Source: a candidate division FCPU426 bacterium
Lineage (GTDB): Bacteria > Oederibacteriota > Muellerivitia > Muellerivitales > Muellerivitaceae
Assembly: GCA_963796105.1 (NCBI GenBank)
Contig: CAWCKJ010000003.1
Coordinates: 640,001 to 704,000 of the forward strand
DNA: 64,000 bases
Reading direction: 5' to 3'
Below the pieces are notes generated by a model that saw nothing but the letters and a program-made list of their open reading frames with translations, had not been told where the DNA came from and did not search any database. Positions 37,159-47,831 of the stretch are shown here, one piece after another. A program made the position numbers and the translations under genes. The first letter of the stretch is position 1; each line of letters begins with the position of its first letter.

Positions 37159-40100
37159 TTGAAAAGACCGGGCCTTCTCATTTCCAATTTCATCTCTCAT
37201 GATTTTTCACTTTTTTCTTTTTTAAATCCAATCAAACGCCGTTATAGGTTCGCAGTCCTCGGAATTTTTTTAATTGTTCTTCCGGGGAAAGACGCCTATG
37301 CCCTGTTGGATACGCTATATGTCACAGGGAACCAGCTTGCCACCTCCCCTTCAAACGGTTGTACGCTTACACTTAAAGGCGTTGACGTGGATGGGTTGGA
37401 ATTCTCCCCCTATGGTTATGGGCCCGGCGGTAGCAGTTCCAATTGCGGCGGCTTTACCGGAAACAGCACCAACGGCTGCGGTGGAAATACCCTGGCGGCG
37501 GCCCAGGAAGCGGTCACGGCCTGGCATGCCACAGTCATCCGCCTTCCATTGAACCAGGATTTCTGGTTCGGTTGTTCCAATTCGATCACCCAGATCGCGG
37601 CCACCCAATACCAGTCGGCGGTATCCGCCATCGTCGGATACTGCGCCTCCAACAACTGTTATGTCATCCTGGACCTCCATTGGTCAGGCACCTATAGCGG
37701 CACTTCACCCACAACACCCTGTAGCGGATCGGGCTGGGGTACCGCCACGGGACAAGAAGCAATGGCGGATGCCAACGCTATCACCTTTTGGGGTTCCGTA
37801 GCCAGTATGACCTGGACCAAAAACAATCCAGCGGTCATGTTCGACCTGTACAACGAACCCACCAATATTCCCGCCGCGGCATGGGTTACCGGCGGAAGTA
37901 CAGGCGGAACCGATACCCCCTCCTGGACACCCGGAATGCAGGGACTGTTGAACGCGGTGCGCGGCGTAGGCGCCAATAATATTTGCTTGTTGGGCGGCTT
38001 GTCCTGGTGTTCAAACCTGAAAAGCGTCCTCAGCGCCCCAGGGCCAGTCACCAATAACGGTAATGGCGTCGTCTACTCAGCGCACTTTTACGGGTCCAAC
38101 GACGGAACCACACCCACAAGTTGGAACGCGGATGTGCCATCAAGTCTCTTGTCCACTGCCCCAGTTTTCGTCGGAGAATTCGGCGGTCCCACGACTTGTG
38201 GAACAGATCCTGATAATCCCACTTTCGACTCAAATATGATCGGCACTTCAGGATGGGCCGTCACAACCAATGGTGTTGTGGGAGCCACCGCCTGGTCATT
38301 TACCGATGATTCCTGCCCTAACATGCTTTCGAATTGGACTTGGACCGCCAACGCATGGGGTGCCGCCGTATCTACCTGGCTGGCGACGCCAATCCCCACT
38401 TGTCCTCCCATCACCCCCGGGCCGACTCTTACTCCGACTTTGTCTCATACCCCAACCCAAGTTGTCACGCCCACCTTTACCAATTCCTCAACCCGGACTC
38501 CCACTCCTTCTTCAACAAACACAAACTCTCCAACCGCATCAAGCACACAAACGCGCACGCCCACAAATACATCCACCAATACGGTGACCAATACCTTAAC
38601 TAATACATTAACCAGCACGCCCACCCTTACCGTGACGCACACAAATACACCCACTAACACATCCACTCCCACGCCAACCGCTTCCCCAACAGTCACCAGG
38701 ACCTACACACAAACCAACACCCTTACGAACACTTATACCAGCACCCCATCCCCGACTTTGACCCGCACGAATACCTCCACTAGCACCGTCACCAACACGG
38801 CGACCTTTACCTCAACTGCGACCAGAACAAACACGTCCACCAATACGGTCACGGCCACTCTGACGAACACTTCCACCAGCACCGCCACGAATACAGCGAC
38901 ATCCACTTCTAGTCCGACCAGGACAAATACCGCCAGCTACACCCCGACGCCTACTCCGACCGCAACTCGGACGAATACTTTGACCAACACAGCGACTGCC
39001 ACCTTGACGAATACCACGTCCAACACCGCCACCAATACGACAACACCCACTTTAACATCGACAAGGACCAATACACCGACAAACACTTCCACCAGCACCC
39101 CAACTTCAACGCCCAGCAATACCGCCACGAATACACCCACCAACTCGACAACAGCAACCTCGACTCGGACAACCACGCCTACGTCCACTAATACCGCTAC
39201 TTCCACCTCAACTTCGACTCCGACCAGCACCTATACGAGCACAGTCACCAACACGAGAACCAACACTTCCACCAATACAGCCACAGCGACGAATACGCCG
39301 ACAGTGACCCCCACCGCGACCAATACCAACACGGGGACCGCTTCCCCCACTAATACGCCTACGATCACGCCAACCAGGACCTCAACCTCCACCCCGACGA
39401 ATACCTCCACCGCTACTCCCACGCAAACGGCTACAAACACCCCCACCATTACGGCGACTGCCACGCCGACCAGAACCGCTACGCCGACCTCCACGAATAC
39501 TTCAACCTCCACAGCGACTTCGACTCCGACCAGCACCTTTACGACCACCGCGACAAGCACGAAGACCACCACGCCCACCAATACCCCAACGGCGGCAAAC
39601 ACGAATACCCCGACTGTGACACCCACAGCGACCAACACCAACACGGGAACCACATCCCCCACGAATACCCCAACGATTACCTCGACTAGGACTCCAACGC
39701 CCACACTGACAAATACTTCATCTTCCACTTCGACTCCGACTGTAACGAACACAACCACCAACACTTCAACGGCCACTACGACGCGGACGCCAACCCCTTC
39801 ATCCACGAACACCCCAACCCACACGCCTACATCCACCCAGACAAATACCTCAACCGCTACGCCGACTCCGACGCCTTCTTACACGTCCACCAGTACTTCC
39901 ACATACACGAAGACCACTACGCCCACCAATACCATGACGGCAACGAATACAAATACCCCAACGGTGACGCCCACTGCCACCACAACCAACACCGGGACCC
40001 AGCCGCCCACGAACACGCCGACCAATACCTCCGCCTTCACGAACACAGCAACTCATACCTTGACTACAACACCGACGAATACTTCAACTTCCACTCCGAC

Positions 40101-41484
40101 AGCGACGAACACATCAACGTCTTCGATGACGCCTACTGCGACCCGCACCGCTACCACGACGGTCACGAACACGATGACCGTTACGGCTTCGCCAACCCCG
40201 ACACCAACGGTGGCGAACACGTCCACCAACACACCAACGGCTACCCCAACCAGGACTGCGACTCCCACCTCTACCTATACTTCCACCTCGACCAATACTT
40301 TGACCGCTACTCTGACTTTAACACCCAGCTATACATCCACGAGTACGTCTACTTCGACGAGAACTGCCACACCTACATTTACCCCTACGGCGACTTTCAC
40401 CTCGACTATGACCCCTACAAATACATTCACGAGTACAGGCACTGCGACGAACACGAATACGCCGACTGTGACACCTACCACCACCAATACCAACACAGGG
40501 ACCCAGTCACCCACTAATACGCCGACTATAACGCCCAGCTTCACGAACACTCCAACGCAGACCCCGACACCCACAGCGACGGCTTCGATGACGTCTTCGC
40601 CAACTCCAACGGCGACAGACACATTCACCAACACCCCAACGTCCACCCCGACTGAGACGCCGACTTCTACCTTTACTTTCACGCTCACGAACACATTGAC
40701 GAATACCTCTACCTTCACACCGACGGCCACTTATACATGGACGAATACGCCGTCAAACACGCCCACTCCGACCGCAACTTATACTCCAACGAATACCAAT
40801 ACCGGGATCCAGTCACCCACCAACACACCGACGGCGACATTCACACCCACCCATACTCCGACTAATACGTCCACCTCGACGATGACGAATACGCAGACAC
40901 CCACCAACACCTTTACAAACACCTCCACCCCTACCTTTACCAGCACCAAGACGGCTTCGACTACAGCGACTCCTGCGTCATCGCCTACGCTCACCGCTTC
41001 GCCTTCCCCTACGGTCACGAACACGATGACCGTTACGCCAACTCCGACTGTCACCCGCACGCTGACCCCAAGCTTCACTTCGACGCCGACGGGGACATTC
41101 ACTTATACAGAGACTCCAACAAGCACTGCCACTTTCACGGCGACATTCACCGTGTCTTACACTCCAACGACCACCTTGACACAGACATCCACACCGGTAG
41201 GCAAGAATGGGGTGTTTATTTATCCGAATCCTGTGAGTGGTACTGAGCCTGTGACAATCCAGGTGACCCTGACGCGAACCGAGCCGTTGGTACGGATCGG
41301 GATATACACGTTGTCCTTCAGGAAGGTGAATGAGGTTGACCGGACCCAAGTGCCGGCAGGAGTCAGCGAGATAGCAGTCCCCCTGACGGACAAGGCCGGC
41401 AAACCTCTCGCGAATGGGATCTACTACGTAGTGTTCCAGGCGCCCCAGGGGCGCCTTGTCGCCAAATTGCTTATCTTGAGATGA
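37159..41484 (+). CDS. GH5 glycoside hydrolase + ~930-aa Thr-rich stalk + T9SS-type-A-like C-terminal domain
   Basis: [22 protein letters not shown] (acid/base), YSAHFY, VGEFG (nucleophile); TxTxT linker ~38410-41200; IYPNP...LANGIYYV...KLLILR. Confidence 0.88.
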   Translation: MKRPGLLISNFISHDFSLFSFLNPIKRRYRFAVLGIFLIVLPGKDAYALLDTLYVTGNQLATSPSNGCTLTLKGVDVDGLEFSPYGYGPGGSSSNCGGFTGNSTNGCGGNTLAAAQEAVTAWHATVIRLPLNQDFWFGCSNSITQIAATQYQSAVSAIVGYCASNNCYVILDLHWSGTYSGTSPTTPCSGSGWGTATGQEAMADANAITFWGSVASMTWTKNNPAVMFDLYNEPTNIPAAAWVTGGSTGGTDTPSWTPGMQGLLNAVRGVGANNICLLGGLSWCSNLKSVLSAPGPVTNNGNGVVYSAHFYGSNDGTTPTSWNADVPSSLLSTAPVFVGEFGGPTTCGTDPDNPTFDSNMIGTSGWAVTTNGVVGATAWSFTDDSCPNMLSNWTWTANAWGAAVSTWLATPIPTCPPITPGPTLTPTLSHTPTQVVTPTFTNSSTRTPTPSSTNTNSPTASSTQTRTPTNTSTNTVTNTLTNTLTSTPTLTVTHTNTPTNTSTPTPTASPTVTRTYTQTNTLTNTYTSTPSPTLTRTNTSTSTVTNTATFTSTATRTNTSTNTVTATLTNTSTSTATNTATSTSSPTRTNTASYTPTPTPTATRTNTLTNTATATLTNTTSNTATNTTTPTLTSTRTNTPTNTSTSTPTSTPSNTATNTPTNSTTATSTRTTTPTSTNTATSTSTSTPTSTYTSTVTNTRTNTSTNTATATNTPTVTPTATNTNTGTASPTNTPTITPTRTSTSTPTNTSTATPTQTATNTPTITATATPTRTATPTSTNTSTSTATSTPTSTFTTTATSTKTTTPTNTPTAANTNTPTVTPTATNTNTGTTSPTNTPTITSTRTPTPTLTNTSSSTSTPTVTNTTTNTSTATTTRTPTPSSTNTPTHTPTSTQTNTSTATPTPTPSYTSTSTSTYTKTTTPTNTMTATNTNTPTVTPTATTTNTGTQPPTNTPTNTSAFTNTATHTLTTTPTNTSTSTPTATNTSTSSMTPTATRTATTTVTNTMTVTASPTPTPTVANTSTNTPTATPTRTATPTSTYTSTSTNTLTATLTLTPSYTSTSTSTSTRTATPTFTPTATFTSTMTPTNTFTSTGTATNTNTPTVTPTTTNTNTGTQSPTNTPTITPSFTNTPTQTPTPTATASMTSSPTPTATDTFTNTPTSTPTETPTSTFTFTLTNTLTNTSTFTPTATYTWTNTPSNTPTPTATYTPTNTNTGIQSPTNTPTATFTPTHTPTNTSTSTMTNTQTPTNTFTNTSTPTFTSTKTASTTATPASSPTLTASPSPTVTNTMTVTPTPTVTRTLTPSFTSTPTGTFTYTETPTSTATFTATFTVSYTPTTTLTQTSTPVGKNGVFIYPNPVSGTEPVTIQVTLTRTEPLVRIGIYTLSFRKVNEVDRTQVPAGVSEIAVPLTDKAGKPLANGIYYVVFQAPQGRLVAKLLILR

Positions 41485-41542
41485 AACACTTCAGGGAGAG
41501 AAAAACAAACAAATCAATCTTCTAATATTTATTCGAAATGAG

Positions 41543-42472
41543 TTACATTTTAAAAAAGTTTTTAAGTATCCCCTTCGCGCCATTCCTCAACAAATCATCC
41601 GCTAATGAAATTCCAAGTTCTACCGGACTTTGAGCCGGTCCTTTAAGACGCCCCCTCAATAACGGGGTCCCTTTGGGATCAGCAATGAATCCCGAAAGAA
41701 CAAGTTCATTTCCATCCGCATGAGCCAATGCGCCGACCGGAACGCGGCATCCACCCTGGAGTTTTTTCAAGAAAGCCCTTTCCGCCTCCGCGCTGATCTC
41801 CGTTGGGGAGTCGTTCAACACGCCCAGCTTGCTTAAAAGCTCACGGTTATTGCCTAGAATGGTCACACACAGGATTCCTTGGGCCGGCGCCGGGAGGAAG
41901 ACATCCGGCTCCAACAACTCGGTGATTTCTTCCCGCCTGCCCAAACGTATCAGCCCAGCCGCGGCAACAATGATGGCATCCGCTTCCCCTTTCTTGAGCT
42001 TCTTGATGCGGGTATCCACATTGCCGCGCATGGGAATAACGGTAAGGTCCGGACGGGACGCGTGAATTTGAGCCTCACGGCGGGGAGAACTTGTTCCCAA
42101 CCGCGATCCAGGAAGAAGTTCCCTGAACATTTTGCCGCCGGCCGAGATAAGCGCGTCCCGAGGCTCCTCCCTGCTAAGGAAGGCGCCGTAGACGATCCCC
42201 TCCGGCAGGACAGTCGGGACATCTTTCAGGCTATGAACCGCGGCTTGAATTTTTCCCGAAAGAAGCGCCTCATCCAATTCCCTGGTAAATATTCCTTGGG
42301 GTTCACTGCTCGAAGGCATAACACCCGGGGAAACCCCCAGTTGATCGCCTAATGTTTTGATCGGTTCTAGGCGGACCCCTTCCCCATTTAATATTCCGGC
42401 GATCTTCGCCCGGACCATTTCCGCTTGGGCCATGGCTAACGCACTTCCCCGGGTCCCAAGAAGAAAGGTCAT
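41543..42472 (-). CDS. hemC: Hydroxymethylbilane synthase
   Basis: GTRGSALAMAQ, AVHSLKDVP, GTSSPRR, RGNVDTR, GGCRVP. Confidence 0.96.
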   Translation of the reverse strand: MTFLLGTRGSALAMAQAEMVRAKIAGILNGEGVRLEPIKTLGDQLGVSPGVMPSSSEPQGIFTRELDEALLSGKIQAAVHSLKDVPTVLPEGIVYGAFLSREEPRDALISAGGKMFRELLPGSRLGTSSPRREAQIHASRPDLTVIPMRGNVDTRIKKLKKGEADAIIVAAAGLIRLGRREEITELLEPDVFLPAPAQGILCVTILGNNRELLSKLGVLNDSPTEISAEAERAFLKKLQGGCRVPVGALAHADGNELVLSGFIADPKGTPLLRGRLKGPAQSPVELGISLADDLLRNGAKGILKNFFKM

Positions 42473-42484
42473 GAAATAATGCCC

Positions 42485-43759
42485 TTACTCATTTTCTGGG
42501 TTTTCAACGAGCGAGAAAAGTTCATTCAACATTCTGGCGTATTCAAGGCGGTCCCGCTCGGTTTTCACCTTTTTCAAGTTCGCCGAGGGGGCGTGCAGCA
42601 ATTTGGCGGTTAAATCATGGACGAGGCGTTCCATGTCTTTGCGTTCATTCTCCGGCAGGTTGGGATGCTTTTTCAAAAACTCACCCCACTCCGCCCGCTG
42701 TAAACCCTCAAAATGCTCTCTCAGCCTAACCACCGTCGGAACTAGTTCCAGGGAGGCATACCAAGAGCAGATTTTTTCCATTTCCTCCCGGAGTATGTTC
42801 TCGGCGGATTCAACGGCTTTTAACCGTCCAGACCTGTTGGCATCCGCGAGGCCCGCCAAATTGTCGACATTGTAAAGATAGACTGATTCGATTTCCCCGA
42901 CCCCGGGATCGACATTCCTGGGAACGGCAATATCGATGATCAGGAGTGGTTTCCCATAACGGCTTTTCATGGCTCTTTCAAGTTGTTCCCGAACTAACCG
43001 CAATTTCCCCCCGCCCACCGAGGTAATAATGATGTCCATCTGCTCTAACTTGCCGAGCCCGTCCTCCAGGGTCAAAGCCTCCCCCCCCAGTTTCGCTGTC
43101 AGGCCTTTCGCTTTCCCCAGGGTCCGGTTAGCTATAAAAAGACTCCTCACTCCTGCGTCGGTGAGATATTTCGAGGTAAGCTCGCCCATTTCCCCCGCGC
43201 CTAAAAGCAAAACCCGGTGATTTGATAAATCGCTGAAAATCTTGCCGGCCAGGTCCACAGCCACGCTCGAGACATTGGTCGGCATTCGGGCAATATCCGT
43301 TTGCGTCCGAACCCTTTTCGCGGCGGCAAAAGTTCTGTTAAAAACTCCATGCAATATGCTTCCGGCCATCTTCCCCTGGCGGGCTTGCTCGAAGGCGTCC
43401 TTGACCTGGCCGAGAATTTGAGTTTCCCCCACGACCATGGAATCCAGGGAGCTGGCCACCCTGAAAAGGTGGAAAAAAGCCTCAGAACCCTCGTGAAAGT
43501 AAAAATACTTTTGGACTTCCACGGGCTTCAACCGGTGGATTCTGCCGAGAATGGCACGTATTTTCTCAAGGCTCTGTTTTTCGGCGTCTGTGACCACATA
43601 AAATTCCACCCGGTTGCAGGTGGAAAGGAAAACAGCCTCAGCCGCCGTTGCCTTTAGTTCCTCAAGCACCTTCATGACTCCGTCGGGCGCCAAGGCATAC
43701 TTTTCCCGCGTTTGAAGCGGAGCGGTCGTGTGATTCATCCCGTAGGCAAAAAACTTCAT
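42485..43759 (-). CDS. hemA: Glutamyl-tRNA reductase
   Basis: GMNHTTAP, LSTCNRVE, LDSMVVGETQILGQ, GAGEMG, DIAVPRNV; start MKFFAY at 43759. Confidence 0.96.
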   Translation of the reverse strand: MKFFAYGMNHTTAPLQTREKYALAPDGVMKVLEELKATAAEAVFLSTCNRVEFYVVTDAEKQSLEKIRAILGRIHRLKPVEVQKYFYFHEGSEAFFHLFRVASSLDSMVVGETQILGQVKDAFEQARQGKMAGSILHGVFNRTFAAAKRVRTQTDIARMPTNVSSVAVDLAGKIFSDLSNHRVLLLGAGEMGELTSKYLTDAGVRSLFIANRTLGKAKGLTAKLGGEALTLEDGLGKLEQMDIIITSVGGGKLRLVREQLERAMKSRYGKPLLIIDIAVPRNVDPGVGEIESVYLYNVDNLAGLADANRSGRLKAVESAENILREEMEKICSWYASLELVPTVVRLREHFEGLQRAEWGEFLKKHPNLPENERKDMERLVHDLTAKLLHAPSANLKKVKTERDRLEYARMLNELFSLVENPENE

Positions 43760-43784
43760 CCGGTTTTCCTCGGTCCCCAGTTCT

Positions 43785-44603
43785 TCAAAAGGCGTGAAAT
43801 GTCGACAAGAACACCCGAACACCCACAAAAGTGAAAAGAGCCAATAAATAGCCGGCCATAACGAGGGCCATGGTTTTTCGCCCCCTCATTCTCAAACCCC
43901 ACCTCAAAAGGAAAAAGGCGGCGTAAATGAGCATCACCATCATGGAACCAAGAATTTTCGGGTCTGTAAGGGGCAAATGGTCGAATACCAGGAATGCCTG
44001 GATGACCCCAAGAGCCAGGCCGGCGGTCCAGAACACAAAACCCAACGCTATATAAAAAACAGTCAAATTCTCAAGTGATTCCAGGGAAGGAAGCCGGTAG
44101 GCCCAATTTCGGATGCGGTGTTGTTTGATCTGGCCTTCCTGGACCCAGAAGGCCACTCCCACGCCGAAACCCAAAGTGTAATGAGCGAAACCCAGGAAGA
44201 TGAAAAAGATATGAAAAGCCATTCCGAGCGACATCAGCCGCGGGTCGATCAAGGCTTTCGAGTGAAATGAGGCGATAAAGGCGAGAAGGGAAAGCAGGAA
44301 AATGAACGGGATGAAAAGCGTCGTAAGGATCGGCACATTCAGTTTGATCTGGCCGAGGAGCAAGGCTCCCAATAGGGAAAATGTCAAAACCAATAGGATG
44401 CCATCCATCGTGACCATTGGGGCGTATCCCTCCAAGATCCATTTGGCGCACAAGAGCGCCGCAGTGCAAATAAAGCCGGCGGATAAGGATCCAAGAACCC
44501 GTTTATCCGTGACATTCTCCTGATTTTTATTCGAATAGGAAAACCAACTGGCGCCGGCGTTGCAAAGAACAATGGAGATGAAAAGGACTGGCAGTATTAA
44601 CAT
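43785..44603 (-). CDS. ccsA: Cytochrome c assembly protein, CcsA/HemX family
   Basis: About 8 TM helices, RLPSLESLE, DPK, terminal H; directly upstream of hemA. Confidence 0.8.
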   Translation of the reverse strand: MLILPVLFISIVLCNAGASWFSYSNKNQENVTDKRVLGSLSAGFICTAALLCAKWILEGYAPMVTMDGILLVLTFSLLGALLLGQIKLNVPILTTLFIPFIFLLSLLAFIASFHSKALIDPRLMSLGMAFHIFFIFLGFAHYTLGFGVGVAFWVQEGQIKQHRIRNWAYRLPSLESLENLTVFYIALGFVFWTAGLALGVIQAFLVFDHLPLTDPKILGSMMVMLIYAAFFLLRWGLRMRGRKTMALVMAGYLLALFTFVGVRVFLSTFHAF

Positions 44604-44721
44604 TCAAACACTTCCTCTCAGGGAGAACCATCCAATGAACAACGAAATTTTCCCACAGATTCCGGTAGAATCACCAAAAAAATAGGGTTCCCCGCGGTTT
44701 TCAAACACATCGGCCTGAAAC

Positions 44722-44753
44722 AAAAAACCCCCGGTCTATAGGCCGGGGGTTTT
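44722..44753 (-). terminator. Rho-independent terminator of the nuo operon
   Basis: AAAACCCCCGG/CCGGGGGTTTT stem, T-run on the minus strand, just after the nuoN stop. Confidence 0.8.
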
Positions 44754-44765
44754 CCTAAAGAAATC

Positions 44766-46235
44766 CTAAAAAAGGGCTGAAGCCGCGGATCTCGCGATAT
44801 CAATGATAGGCGTAGGCCAAAACCCAAAAGTCACAGTCGCCAAAACACAAACGATTAAAACAACCTTTTCCAAAAATCCCATCTCGATGGGCGATGGGTC
44901 CTTTGCCTCGCAAACCAAAGCCTGGCGGACAACCTGGAGATAGTAATAAAGCGAGACAACGCTGAAGATCATGCCTACCAGGGCCAGCCAAGTATAACCC
45001 TTGGAAATAGCCGCGCTGAAAAGGTACCATTTGCCCGCAAATCCCGCAAAGGGAGGAACCCCCGCCAGGGATAACAGGCAAACCAACAGGACCACGCCGA
45101 TCAAGGGGGACCTTTTCCACATACCGGCGAAATCCTCAATTTTCTCGCTGCCTGTCTTGTCCGCCACCACAGCGATGGCTAGGAATACGCCCATATTGGC
45201 GAAAAGGTAAATAAACAGGTAGAAAAGCACCGCGGTCAGGCCCAAATTCCCTCCCGCCAAAAAACCCGTCGAGATATAACCGGCCTGGGCGATGGAGGAA
45301 TAGGCCATCAAGCGTTTCAAGTTGGTCTGGGGAAGGGCTTCCAAATTGCCTAACGCGATGCTGATGGCGGCAAGAGCCGCGAATAGGCCGGCCCAAACCA
45401 CCTGGAGGGACGGGGCGGGAAGCCCCACCCAGAAAAGCCTGATGAAGGCCGCGAACCCGGCGGTTTTGGAGGCGGTAGAAAGATAAGCCGTGATCGGAGT
45501 GGGCGAACCCTCATAAACATCCGGGGTCCACATGTGAAAGGGGGCCAGCGAGATTTTAAAAGCCAACCCGCCGATCACGAGGATCAAGGCCAGCATCGCC
45601 AAGGGGGATGAAGGCTGGCCCATTAATTTATTTCCCATATCAGCGATGAATGTGGTCCCAGTCAAACCATAAAGGTAGGAAAAACCAAAAAGTAGCAAAG
45701 CGGAAGAGAAAGCCCCGATCAGGAGATATTTCATCCCCGCCTCATTACTGAGGCTGTCCTTTTTCATGAAGGAAGCCAGGAGGTAACTGCTGATGGTGAG
45801 TGTTTCCAAGGAAACATAAAGCGTGATGATTTCCTGGGCCGATGCCAGTGCCGAGGCGCCAGCGGCGGAGAAAAGCAGGATGGCGAGGAATTCGGGGAGA
45901 TAAGGTGTGGGCCGGGCCTTGAAATAGCGGGAGGCTATCAGGACCGTCAACAGAGCCGCCAAAAGGATCAACAACTTGAAAAAAACCGCCAACCGGTCGG
46001 TTTTCAGGAAACCGGCGAAGGCCTGGATGGAATCAGGCATGGGGCAACTGCCTGAGCATAAACCCGAACCTCCCAGGCATGGCAGCGCCGCCAATGCCCC
46101 AAGGATTCCCAGGGACGCGACCCAGAAAAATATTCTTTTTTTGGGTTCCCCCTCCAGGAAAAGATCAATCAAAAGGATGAGGATGGCCGCGCCGATCAGG
46201 CACAGCTCGGGAAGAAAAACCTGGTATTGGATCAC
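44766..46235 (-). CDS. nuoN: NADH-quinone oxidoreductase subunit N
   Basis: EAGMKYL, FKISLAPFHMWTPDVYEG, KRLMAYSSIA. Confidence 0.95.
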   Translation of the reverse strand: MIQYQVFLPELCLIGAAILILLIDLFLEGEPKKRIFFWVASLGILGALAALPCLGGSGLCSGSCPMPDSIQAFAGFLKTDRLAVFFKLLILLAALLTVLIASRYFKARPTPYLPEFLAILLFSAAGASALASAQEIITLYVSLETLTISSYLLASFMKKDSLSNEAGMKYLLIGAFSSALLLFGFSYLYGLTGTTFIADMGNKLMGQPSSPLAMLALILVIGGLAFKISLAPFHMWTPDVYEGSPTPITAYLSTASKTAGFAAFIRLFWVGLPAPSLQVVWAGLFAALAAISIALGNLEALPQTNLKRLMAYSSIAQAGYISTGFLAGGNLGLTAVLFYLFIYLFANMGVFLAIAVVADKTGSEKIEDFAGMWKRSPLIGVVLLVCLLSLAGVPPFAGFAGKWYLFSAAISKGYTWLALVGMIFSVVSLYYYLQVVRQALVCEAKDPSPIEMGFLEKVVLIVCVLATVTFGFWPTPIIDIARSAASALF

Positions 46236-47812
46236 TTGAACCCCCCGATGTGCTCAATGAGAGGCGCGATAGTGGCGTTAGAAAGCGCCACGAAGGGCTT
46301 CGGATATAGGCCCACCGCCAGCGAGACTGCCAATAAATAAACGATGGGAAGGATTTCGATGAATTTACCGTCCTGGATCTCCTCCTTGAAATGCGGGTCC
46401 TTGACCGGACCGTAAAAAACCATCTGGACCAAACGGAGGTAATATACCGCCGTGAAGACGATGGCCAGGATGACCACCCAGAACAAGGTTTGAAAAACGG
46501 GAAAACCTCCTTGAAAGCCGCTGCGGTAAGCCCCCAGGAAGATCAGGAACTCACCCACGAACCCGCTCAAGCCGGGAAGACCCACATTGGCCATGGACGC
46601 CGCCACAAAAAGCCCCGCCAAAACCGGCATGCATGCCGAAAGCCCCCCGAGTTTGGAAATTTCCCTCGTGTGAGCCTTTCCGTAAATCGTTCCAACAAGG
46701 GCGAATGACATGGCCGCCACGATCCCATGGGAAAAACCCTGGATGACGGCCCCGTTGAGGCCCGCGGCCTGGAAGGTGCATATTCCAAAGAGAACCGCGC
46801 CGCAATGGGACACGGATGAATAGGCGATAACGTACTTGAAATCCTTCTGTTTCAAAGCCACCAGGGCCGCGTAGAGAACATTGATCAGGGTAAGAAAAAC
46901 CAGGATTGGAAGCCATTGTTTCGCCCCGCCCGGCAGGCAGGGCAAGGCCACACGGATGATGCTGTAGCCCCCGAGGGTCTTCAAGACTCCCGCGTGAAGC
47001 ATGGAGGCGGCGGTCGGGGCCGAACCGTACCCGTCCGGGGACCAGGTATGGAACGGGAAGATGGCTGAAATGACCCCGAAGCCGATGAAAAGGAGGGGAA
47101 ACCAGAGGTTCTGGAAATCCTGTCCGAAATTCGTCCGGGTGATGTCCCCGAGGATCCGGAGGTCGAAGGTATGCACGGAGGAAGTGAAATACATCGCGAG
47201 AAAGCCCACCAGCATGAAAGCCGATCCCGCGAGGATGTATATCGTGAGTTTCATGGCGGCATATTCCTTCCGCCCGGAACCCCAAATACTCACCAAAAGG
47301 TACATGGGCAGGACGGCGAACTCGTAAAAAAGGAAGAAGAAAAAGAGATCCAGGCTGATGTAAGCGCCTGCCACGCCCCCGACCAGAAGGGAGAAATAAA
47401 CAAAGTACTCCTTGACCCGCAGGGTGATATTCCAGGAAATGAGGGAACCCGCGAAATAAACCGAAGCCACCAAAAGCACCATCAACACGCTCATACCGTC
47501 CACGCCCAGCAGATAGTTAATCCCCAGGTTGGAAAGCCAGGGCACCTCCTCCCGCAGCTGGAAACCGCCCAGGTTTGTCTGGTATAGGAAAAACACCCGG
47601 AAGGCGATCCCCAGTTCAAAGGAGGAGAACAACAGGCTGATCCATCGGCTTCCCTTCTCATTGGAGGCCAGCACCAACAAGGCGCCCAGGAGCGGAACTA
47701 CGATGAAGGTGCTCAACAAGGGCAAGAGGTTGGGTCCCTGGGCGGCCGGGTCATGGAAAAGGAAAAAAGCGGCCGCGAAGGGGACCAGGATTGAGCCGAG
47801 CACTGGAAGCAT
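46232..47812 (-). CDS. nuoM: NADH-quinone oxidoreductase subunit M
   Basis: YLLGVDG, DLFFFFLFYE, FPFHTW, IAYSSVSH, GLPGLSGFVGE. Confidence 0.95.
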   Translation of the reverse strand: MLPVLGSILVPFAAAFFLFHDPAAQGPNLLPLLSTFIVVPLLGALLVLASNEKGSRWISLLFSSFELGIAFRVFFLYQTNLGGFQLREEVPWLSNLGINYLLGVDGMSVLMVLLVASVYFAGSLISWNITLRVKEYFVYFSLLVGGVAGAYISLDLFFFFLFYEFAVLPMYLLVSIWGSGRKEYAAMKLTIYILAGSAFMLVGFLAMYFTSSVHTFDLRILGDITRTNFGQDFQNLWFPLLFIGFGVISAIFPFHTWSPDGYGSAPTAASMLHAGVLKTLGGYSIIRVALPCLPGGAKQWLPILVFLTLINVLYAALVALKQKDFKYVIAYSSVSHCGAVLFGICTFQAAGLNGAVIQGFSHGIVAAMSFALVGTIYGKAHTREISKLGGLSACMPVLAGLFVAASMANVGLPGLSGFVGEFLIFLGAYRSGFQGGFPVFQTLFWVVILAIVFTAVYYLRLVQMVFYGPVKDPHFKEEIQDGKFIEILPIVYLLAVSLAVGLYPKPFVALSNATIAPLIEHIGGFK

Positions 47813-47831
47813 GATGAGATTCCTCCGGAAA

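Noticed and set aside
38445..41102. Val/Gly-rich minus-strand ORFs
   Set aside because: Mirror of the ACN (Thr) codon repeats in the GH5 linker
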